Shown: positions 11,639 to 20,105 of the stretch, in pieces
Position numbering within the stretch: position 1 is the first letter of the stretch
Layout of the letters: every line of letters begins with the position of its first letter
Assembly: GCF_964204645.1 (NCBI RefSeq)
Contig: NC_134030.1
Coordinates: 789,355 to 853,354 of the forward strand
Reading direction: 5' to 3'
DNA length: 64,000 nucleotides
DNA from: Tubulanus polymorphus
Taxonomy: Eukaryota; Animalia; Nemertea
The notes under the pieces: model-generated
The model's input: the letters and a program-made list of their open reading frames with translations, nothing else
Told to the model about the DNA's origin: nothing
Databases searched by the model: none
Position numbers and translations under genes: made by a program

Positions 11639-13824
11639 TAAACAGAGTTCTACAGATGGTGAAAATATCTCAGAATTCATTGTCTCAATTCAGGTTGAAA
11701 TTCCAAATAAATCCGTGACTGAAATATCTAATCATACGTGAAATAAACAATCACCAAATTTTACAAAACGTAAGTGGCCATAAGAAAAATGTAAATTTCA
11801 AAAATATCTTATCTGAATGGAGAAGTAAGGGGGAGCCTAACATCCACCAAATATCCTCATAAATCAACCCTTTCGGAAATTTGTCTATAAACTCTACTAG
11901 GGCAGGGAGAAATAATGACCTAAGAAACTCGGTTGTCTAAATTCAATATTAAACCTCATAAAAATCCTTTGAAAATGCGTTTTAATAAATTCAGGTTCTT
12001 CCTCCTCGGTTAAATAATAATCATCATCATCATTGTTATCATCATTTGCGTTGCCGCAGCAACCGCATCCACCGTCGGCATCGTCAGCGTCATTTATCTA
12101 AATTATGCGAAAATAAAGATCTTCACCAATGGAAATAACATCTGACGAAATCATCTTGAAAATAACATCTTCAAATTGATCTACGCTGGTCGACGAAAAT
12201 AATAATCTTCAATCGTTAACGAAAACATCATCTTTTGAAATGATCTTGAAAATAACAATCTTAAAATCGATCAACACCGGGCGACGAAAAAAACAATCTT
12301 ACGACGGGCGCCTTCGTCGCCATTTGAAACTTACTTGTTTGAAGTCGGACATGTTCATAGCCATCACAGGTGAACCGATAAATCCTAAATAGTTAATAAC
12401 GGTCGTCTCTTCACCTCCTTGATTATCATTTACGAATATCTGGAAAATTAACATAATGTGTAGATAATTAACTCGAATAAAACTCAATGTCTCCAAAAAT
12501 TCCGAAAAATCTTTGAATTAACGACAAGTAGACTGTGCTTCAGGTGAAAAACTAAATTGTGTTGAAATCAGCCTTTTCTAGAGTCAATCTTTAAAAGAAT
12601 CTTAGAGAATCAATCTTTAACTTCCAATAAGCGACTAAATAAGACTTATAGAAATTCATTGAATTTGGCAGTTTTTTTTCAAACTCTTTCGAAGCAGCTG
12701 TAATTTTTCTATTTTTTTCGAATTTGAACTGTTACTGTTTTAACTGTTGAAATATGAGATGATTTTCATTCTCACCGAAACGGTGGAAAAATTTTTGAAT
12801 TTGACGTATCGTAGCGGTATTAAAGTTCCTTCTTTTACATCGTCTGGGGTCAATCTGCGATCAAAAAGAAAAAAGATGAAAGAGACTCAGGAAGAGAGAG
12901 ATGAGGAGACTCAAGGAGAGAGAGAGAGAGATGGGGAGACTCAGGGAGAGAGATTGGGGGAGGGGACAAACGTTTAAAACTTACTGTATTTTCTGAATTG
13001 CCTCCATACTCTCTGCCAAGTCCAAGTCTAAAGTTTGCGGTCGATTCGTGAAAAGTTTAATGGTTTTTGGTGCAGTTCCGTCTGAAAAATTCAGTTGAAT
13101 AATTTGAGCTTGAATGTAAGGAGTTTTAAGGCAGAAACTTTCAAATTGTGAGGAAGTGTCTGCATCACTTTCATATCCCAACTACTGTAGACTCCTCATA
13201 AATGGGTACTGTTTATCTCAGTAAGCCGTTAATTCAGTGTTTTGTAAGCAAGTTTTATCCTCAGCACTACCTTAACTTGGCTTCTAATTCAGTATCTGGC
13301 CTACCCAGTAATTGGGTAATGAAAAATCCTGGTCCCAACTTTACAGATTTAGGCATAGTCTAATGTACAATTACAAACATTTCTATTGCCTATTTCTCAA
13401 AATTGAAGGAGTTTCAAGCTCCTTTTAACAGCTTTTTCAGTTTAAAAGGAGTTTTGAAGGTATCAAGGAGACATGGGGACCCTGTTTAAAGGAATCAAGG
13501 AGTCTTAGGGACGCTGGAGTCTCTTACCGTCTGGGCGTACATCTTTAACGAACGTAGTTTAACAGGTTGTGAGAATTCCAGGGAAATTATCAACTGTTCT
13601 TCGCAGTCCGATTGTAAATATCCGCCTTTAGGAGAGAGAGCGTGTTTCAACGTGTGATCGTCCGATTCGTTTAAACATTCCCAACGGTTCATCTGTATCA
13701 TCTTAGATAAATCAATCCGTAAATATTCATGAGGTTCATTACAATATTTATGAGGTCTGTTTGAATATTCATGAGTTTAATCTTAAGTATTCATAATCGG
13801 CCAATCAGTTAACAGCTGAGGAAT

Positions 13825-14590
13825 GAGACAGAGTCTACTGTTTTTCACAAACTCTTACTCAGTATTTGACGCCAACTCGGGGTAGAATTTTACAAGTATC
13901 AACTTTACCGCAGTAAGAGACAGAGTCTACTGTATTTCACAAACTCTTACTCAGTATTTGACACCAACTCGGGGTAGAATTTTACCAGTCTCAACTTTAC
14001 CGCAGTAAGAGACAGAGTCTACTGTATTTCACAAACTCTTACTCAGTATTTGACACCAACTCGGGGTAGAATTTTACCGGTGTCAACTTTACCGCAGTAA
14101 GAGACAGAGTCTACTGTATTTCACAAACTCTTTCTCAGTATTTGACACCAACTCGGGGTAGAATTTTACCGATGTCAACTTTACCGCAGTAAAAGACAGA
14201 GTCTACTGTATTTCACAAACTCTTTCTCTCAGTATTTGACACCAACTGGGGATAGAATTTTACAAGTATCAACTTTACCGCAGTAAGAGACAGAGTCTAC
14301 TGTATTTCACAAACTCATACGCAGTATTTGACACCAACTCGGGGTAGAATTTTACCGGTCTCAACTTTACCGCAGTAAGAGACAGAGTCTACTGTATTTC
14401 ACAAACTCTTACTCAGTATTTGACACCAACTCGGGGTAGAATTTTACAAGTATCAACTTTACCGCAGTAAGAGACAGAGTCTACTGTATTTCACAAACTC
14501 TTACTCAGTATTTGACACCAACCCGGGGTAGAATTTTACCAGTCTCAACGTTACCGCAGTAAGAGACAGAGTCTACTGTATTTTACAAAC
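13825..14590. repeat. 92-bp minisatellite, about 8 copies, in a TXNL1 pseudogene intron
   Basis: GAGACAGAGTCTACTGTATTTCACAAACTC.. recurs at 13825, 13917, 14009, 14101 and onward. Confidence 0.95.
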
Positions 14591-15046
14591 TAACGTAGCC
14601 TTTGATGACAAGGGCGCCTCCTAAAAGCGCCAGATAAATCAACAAATACAAACAGATCCATTAGTACACAGAGGTTAAGTGATAGGGTTAAGGTTAAAGC
14701 AAATACGGCATATGTTTTTCTTGACCTCTCAATCAATTTGTAAATAGTTTATCAAAAGAGCCACCGATTGACGGAAAAATCGGAATGGATTTTTGTTTAT
14801 TTTTTTGGTGGTGGCCCGGTCTGTCGGGCAACTTACCAGGTTGCGAAGAAATCTACAACGACCAGTTTTGAACCAGCGCAGTTCAGTTCAGCCTGAAATT
14901 CAGCATCATCGTTTAAATCTTTTAAATTACCAGATATCGCGGCTTCAGATCGATTTACCAATTCGCAATTCTTCGATATCCTATAGTAAAAACAAGAAAT
15001 CCGAGAGTTTAGTTCATATATAAGCGCGTGAATTCAGGAGAAATCC

Positions 15047-15341
15047 ACAGGGGTTTGGCGATGGGCTTGGATTTTATTTCCGGGTTGTTGATAATCTCGC
15101 GAGAATGGCGCTAAATATGAACTGCGAATAAATTCAAAATATCACGGAAATACCTTGTGTTTATATTGTTTATTTATCCGCTATAAAGTTCTGATAAACA
15201 ATTGGTCGTTAAGAATCATTATCAGACGGTCGTCACGCTTTACTATATAAAATCACTTATTCGCAGTTCATATTTAGCGCCATTCTCGCGAGATTATCAA
15301 CAACCCGGAAATAAAATCCAAGCCCATCGCCAAACCCCTGT
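15047..15341. mobile_element. Young MITE with perfect 85-bp TIRs and a probable 10-bp TSD (Mutator-like)
   Basis: 15047-15131 is the exact reverse complement of 15257-15341; flanks are GGAGAAATCC / GGGGAAATCC (9/10 identical). Confidence 0.85.
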
Positions 15342-16162
15342 GGGGAAATCCTGCTTATGGCTCATAGGCCAGCATCTTAGCTACGCATTGAAGTGGTTTT
15401 CGCCCCACATACCCAACCTAACTTTTGAAATAATCAAACCTTTAGAAAGGAGGGGTATCCCAGTACAGGTATGCCAGTACATCTAAGCCAAATATCTAAG
15501 GGAATCCCCCACCGTGTTTGGTACCCTTACTCCAAGCAAAAAAAGTCCAGGGATTCCCTTATTTCATCATCAATCTGTCCTCTCAGGATCAATGGATTTC
15601 ATACACTACTGCTAGTATTCAAAGCTCTTACCAGAATAGCACCGTCAAGTGCTGCCCCTATACATATCGTAGACGGCGAATATATGAACTAATTCATTAC
15701 TCGCGCGCCGCAGTAGGAAAATTGAACCATCATTTAGTTCACAAATTTACCGCTAATGATACGCATAGGGGCAGCACCTTACAGTAACAAATCCGACTGT
15801 ATGTCAAGACTGAATAAGAATTGAAAAGATTCGTAATTAAGAGAGTCAGAGCCATCACGGGATTCACTCACTCACACTACCGATCACTATTTGGGGCTGC
15901 TCTTATTGGCGTTTCAAATTATACCCTCTGAAATTACATCCGTCATCTGCAACATTCCTGTACGGCCAAAATTCCTGTTTTAAACATGGGTCAGTGGTGC
16001 TGTAATCTTTTTCCTAAATTAATGATCAACTAAATAAATTACTTCATCTTCAAATCTATATCACCGAATAGGTCAACCCCTCATCACAATCTGAAATATT
16101 ACAAAAAAAGAAACAGGCTTGGGGCAAATTAACAAGTCCCGTGAAGTAAAAAAAAGTGTTTG

Positions 16163-16226
16163 CGCTGCAGGACTCGAAACGGTGGTCTCTAGTACACCAG
16201 GCGGTCATTCTAACCACCAGACCATA
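16163..16226 (-). mobile_element. tRNA-derived SINE head or tRNA pseudogene
   Basis: The minus strand reads TGGTCTGGTGGTTAGAATG (A-box-like) ... GTTTCGAGTCCTGC (B-box-like); no complete cloverleaf. Confidence 0.5.
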
Positions 16227-16500
16227 GATCTGTGGTAATCACTTGGGTGTGTAATTTAGTCTCATATGTGATTTTCTATTTGTTCAGTTTGCTCAGAATC
16301 GATTTTCAGAATCTATCTTAAACAGTTTGTCAAACGGATTAAGTAAAACAGTTACTGGGGTAAACTGAGGACACATCATGGTGAATATTAATTGAATTTG
16401 CGTGTATTCGAACCAGATGGAATATTTTTGTGTCGTTGATCAGGTTCGAATCCCACCAGAAAATGATTTTCTAATCTTGGCGGGAATATTAGTACTTTTC

Positions 16501-16595
16501 ATTGGTGAGGATCAGTGACGTCACACTGTCAGTATAAAAACCCAGGTCACCTGATCCCTCTTTCTTTCCAGTTACGCCATATTTTTCAGGTAAGC
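16501..16595 (+). promoter_or_regulatory. Putative Pol II core promoter and short first exon
   Basis: ATTGG (CCAAT, 16501), TGACGTCA (CRE, 16516-23), TATAAAA (16533), Inr-like CCAGTT (~16568) and donor CAG|GTAAGC (16590), in the canonical order. Confidence 0.5.
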
Positions 16596-17259
16596 AAACA
16601 TCATCCATTTTATTCGTTTCTTTCGATCGAACTTATTTATTAATCTTACTTGTAAATTTCATATAGACGTTAAAGGTTTCGCAAACGGTTGTATATTAGA
16701 CAATTTCAAAAGTTCCGAAAGTACGAACTATTGAATATAGGTGTTTAATAATGACATTTCCCTTGTGACATTCTTTTTGCCCAAAATTATCCAAATTGTG
16801 TTTTTGATATTTAGAAATAAATTACAACATTTGATGTTCAATTTCGCTCTCGTAATAATGAAGACGTTATTGTGATTTTATTGTTGAAATTTTCGGAAGT
16901 ATTTTTCTGGTGTTCAAACCTTGGCTTCGCGCTAAAGCGGCTAGTTGACATGCCTAGGTGTAATACACAGACAGCTCAGTCTATTCAACCGTGACTCGAA
17001 TCCATAGAAACTTTTCATTCGGGAAGCGTCGCCAACTGACTTTGAAATTGAGATTAACTCGTGTGGCTTCTTTGAATATCGAATATTTGAATAATCGTGA
17101 TAATTCTAATGTTGATTCATTAAATTATTTTTATTTCGATTTTTTTTGCTTGGTATCTATTGGTTAGGATATAAACTAGAGTTTGATGAAAATTCCTTAA
17201 AACTGGTCATTTTCGATTTAATTCTTGATTTTCATATAATGTCTTTTTTTACATTTCAG

Positions 17260-17406
17260 CAGCAGTAGCAGCAGTCATCAGTTAGCAGTCAGCAGTCAGC
17301 ATTCAGCAGTCAGCAGTCATTGGTCATCAGTCATCAGTCAGCAGTCATTGGTCATCAGTCATCAGTTAGCAGTCAGCATTCAGCAGTCATTGGTCATCAG
17401 TCAGCA

Positions 17407-17466
<60 letters not shown>

Positions 17467-17710
17467 TTGGTCATCAGTTAGCAGTCAGCAGTCATTGGTC
17501 ATCAGTCAGCAGTTAGCAGTCAGCAGTCAGCAGTCATTGGTCATCAGTCATCAGTCAGCAGTCAGCAGTCAGCAGTCATTGGTCTTCAGTCATTGGTCAT
17601 CAGTCAGCATTCAGCAGTCAGCAGTCTGCAGTCAGCAGTCTGCAGTCATTGGTCATCAGTCATCAGTCAGCAGTCAGCAGTCAGCAGTCAGCAGACAGCA
17701 GACAGCAGTA
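17260..17710. repeat. Heptamer satellite (CAGCAGT/CAGCGGT/CATTGGT/CATCAGT variants)
   Basis: 7-bp periodicity is visible directly; it generates the spurious ORFs 17348-17734 and 17593-17799. Confidence 0.95.
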
Positions 17711-18538
17711 GGAGAAAATATAAAGAAAAAATAAAGATGTCAACTAAAACAGATTGTGGAAGCTGTTTGCACAGAGGTCCTGACCTTAGTGCTTTGTGAA
17801 TTAGTAAGTTCAAACTCATGACAATCTCAAATACCTCATATCATTTCTGTTTGATGACTCCTTAATTAGGAAAGATATCATGAAATATTTCTTTTATACT
17901 TTTTAAATTTTCTCATTTTGAAGAACTTTTTTATTTCGATGAATTCTGCAATTTGCAATCGATAGCTAAATAAAATAAAATTGAATTGAATAGTGAGTAA
18001 GAGGCTCTGATGGATGAGAAATAACTCGAGGAAGTAAATTTATATCCGGATTCGATATCACGTTTCCGTCATTCAGAGGTCCTTTATATTAAATGCTGTT
18101 TCTGGTAAATAGAGAGAAAGTTAGTTTAGAAACTGTGTAGCCCTGAGTTGAATAATTCAACACTACAGAAAATTCACATTTTACTATTATTTTTGCTGCG
18201 CCAGCGCGCGTCAAAAGCAGAAGAAAAATCATAAATGTGCAAAGAAATTTTGATGATGGGCCAGCCGATATTTTGCCAATGCGGTATTATTCCTGTTAAC
18301 GCACTATTTTACCATTGGTACGTTCTGATTGGCTAATTGACGCCGCGCATGCGCGACTTAGAAAATTCAAGGAAAGTGTGGAGAACAGAGTTAGAGAAAA
18401 TAGTCCGATAATAGAGCGGGACACTAGACCATGCACCGGCTCACTGAAATCCAACCGTAAGTTTTAACTACATCACTCAACCTTACCCTAATCCTATAAC
18501 TAGGGGTAAAACAGACCCTAAACCTCACCCTCACCGTA

Positions 18539-18927
18539 ATGAGATGCAATACACCGAGATGTCGCCGGTGTCCACTCGTCCGAGAAACAACTGTTTGCCG
18601 CAGCCACAACAAAATGCACGGATCCGCAGCACAATTAATTGCGCGACCCGTGAAATAATATACTGCACCAAGTGCAACATGCTGTACGTCGGCCAAACCG
18701 GAATGTCTCTACGAGAACGCGTCACGCATCACGTCTCACGCATCAGAACGAAGAATTCGACTCCAGTCTCGGACCACTTCAACCAGGTCGACCACACCCA
18801 CGAACACTTTCTGGTGTACGGTCTCCAACACCTACCAGGCTCGACGAGACCGATCCGCGAAGCAGCCGAACAAGACTGGATACGAGGACTCGACACGAAC
18901 ACGCCCCGAGGCATCAACGTCCCGTAG
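18539..18927 (+). pseudogene. GIY-YIG endonuclease domain of Penelope-like element type, degenerate
   Basis: INCATREIIY-CTKCNMLYVGQTGMSLRERVTHHVSRIR..PVSDHFNQ..H..REAAEQDWIRGLDT..PRGIN is typical of the PLE GIY-YIG domain. The upstream Cys motif RCNTPRCRRCP is in another frame (apparent 1-nt loss in the A-run at ~18611), and about 3 codons appear to be missing after IIY. Confidence 0.85.
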
Positions 18928-18980
18928 ACCGCCTCACTACAACAATGGGATACCGGCAACACCAGATGGCGCAACAAAAC

Positions 18981-19203
18981 ACTGGGTTACTCGTGGTGAA
19001 AATCAGTTCATTATCAATGAAATTTGAACATTATTTTTTAACTTCCAAATCCGGAAATTATCAAACGAGTCACCGAATTGATATACAATTTCTTTTCTCT
19101 CTCAGTATATGGTATTGATTTCACTGAAAATTGATTTACTAATCAGAAAGTTTGACTCAAAGTTCATTGAAATGTAGAAGAAATTGAAGCGCGGTAACCC
19201 AGT
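18981..19203. mobile_element. Small TIR element nested in the GIY-YIG cassette
   Basis: ACTGGGTTAC (18981) pairs with GTAACCCAGT (19194-19203); the AT-rich interior contrasts with GC-richer flanks. Confidence 0.6.
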
Positions 19204-19794
19204 TCCACTAGCGATCCTGGCGGATTATCGCTGAATCCTCGCTTCCCTCAGTAGCCTTGCCGGTATCCCATTAATTCATACTTTTCTTTACAGGGATAAC
19301 ATGTACCCGTGCACTAGCAGGGTCTCCAAACCTAATCCTTACCCTCTGCACCCCCCTAGGCCCTAACCCTATCGAAACCCTAACCCTAAACCCAATATAA
19401 TGACTTTATTGTTACTTTTATTAGTTTGTATTATAATTTATAGCCGCATTGGTAAAATATCCACTATCTAAACAAGATTTTAGAATTTGGTGGTGTGCAA
19501 CGGTTGCAGCCTCCAGCTTTGCTCATAAGAATATTTAGCATTATATTACGCATGGACATTATTTAGGCTTAATCCAGCTGAACTGGTTTTACATGGCTGC
19601 AGCTGTATTCATTGTGAATTATTCAACTGAAGGATCCAATATTCAAAATGTAAGTACTGACTATTTTGAAATATTTGATTAATAAAAAAAGGCCTATTTG
19701 AAAAAGGACTAGATTTTAAATATATTTCATTGTTTTCTGTTTAATGATATTCAGTTTCTATAAATAAAAAAATGTTTATTATTTATAGTAAAAT

Positions 19795-20105
19795 GGTTTT
19801 TACCCCTGGTGGTTGTTTCTGAAGGTACAGCAGCGGACAGTGTCGTGTGAAATGGTTTGCACCCCTGGTGATTGTTTCTGAAGGTACAGCAGCGGGCAGT
19901 GTCGTGTGAAATGGTTTTTACCCCTGGTGGTTGTTTCTGAAGGTACAGCAGCGGGCAGTGTCGTGTGAAATGGTTTGCACCCCTGGTGGTTGTTTCTGAA
20001 GGTACAGCAGCGGACAGTGTCGTGTGAAATGGTTTGCACCCCTGGTGGTTGTTTCTGAAGGTACAGCAGCGGGCAGTGTCGTGTTAAATGGTTTGCACCC
20101 CTGGT
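19795..20105. repeat. 59-bp minisatellite, about 5 copies
   Basis: ACCCCTGGTGGTTGTTTCTGAAGGTACAGCAGCGG.. at 19802, 19861, 19920, 19979 and 20038. Confidence 0.95.

Larger units (their letters stand above)
11368..14937 (-). pseudogene. TXNL1: Thioredoxin-like protein 1 (Trx + PITH domain) unprocessed pseudogene
   Basis: Exons: 14937-14837 (ISGNLKDLNDDAEFQAELNCAGSKLVVVDFFATW), 14620-14595 (..VIKGY), 13716-13528 (IDLSK..ECLNESDDH..YLQSDCEEQLIISLEFSQPVKL), 13081-12985 (DGTAPKTIKLFTN), 12854-12776 (LTPDDVKEGTLIPLRYVKF), 12439-12335 (IFVNDNQGGEETTVINYLGFIGSPV..NMSDFK), 11397-11368 (VAGKKGKSH*). Lesions: ATA at the expected start, most of the Trx domain missing, acceptor GG instead of AG at 13717-8, and a 1-nt frameshift at ~13535. 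Confidence 0.9.
18267..19460 (+). mobile_element. Inverted-repeat-bounded cassette carrying a solo Penelope-type GIY-YIG endonuclease
   Basis: GATATTTTGCCAATGCGG (18267-84) pairs with CCGCATTGGTAAAATATC (~19444-61), 17/18. The interior has a GIY-YIG ORF, CCCTAA-like tracts at 18480-18535 and 19330-19392, and no reverse transcriptase. Confidence 0.6.

Noticed and set aside
11368-14937. Intact functional TXNL1 gene
   Set aside because: Four independent lesions: start codon, active-site deletion with frameshift, acceptor mutation and a 1-nt deletion.
17348-17799. ORFs of 128 aa and 68 aa (SSQQSAV repeats)
   Set aside because: By-products of a stop-poor heptamer satellite.
18424-19118. Alternative-frame and antisense ORFs over the GIY-YIG region
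   Set aside because: Shadows of a GC-rich coding segment; only the + strand frames carry recognisable motifs.
19330-19392. True telomere or chromosome end
   Set aside because: Only a few degenerate CCCTAA units, internal to a mobile cassette.
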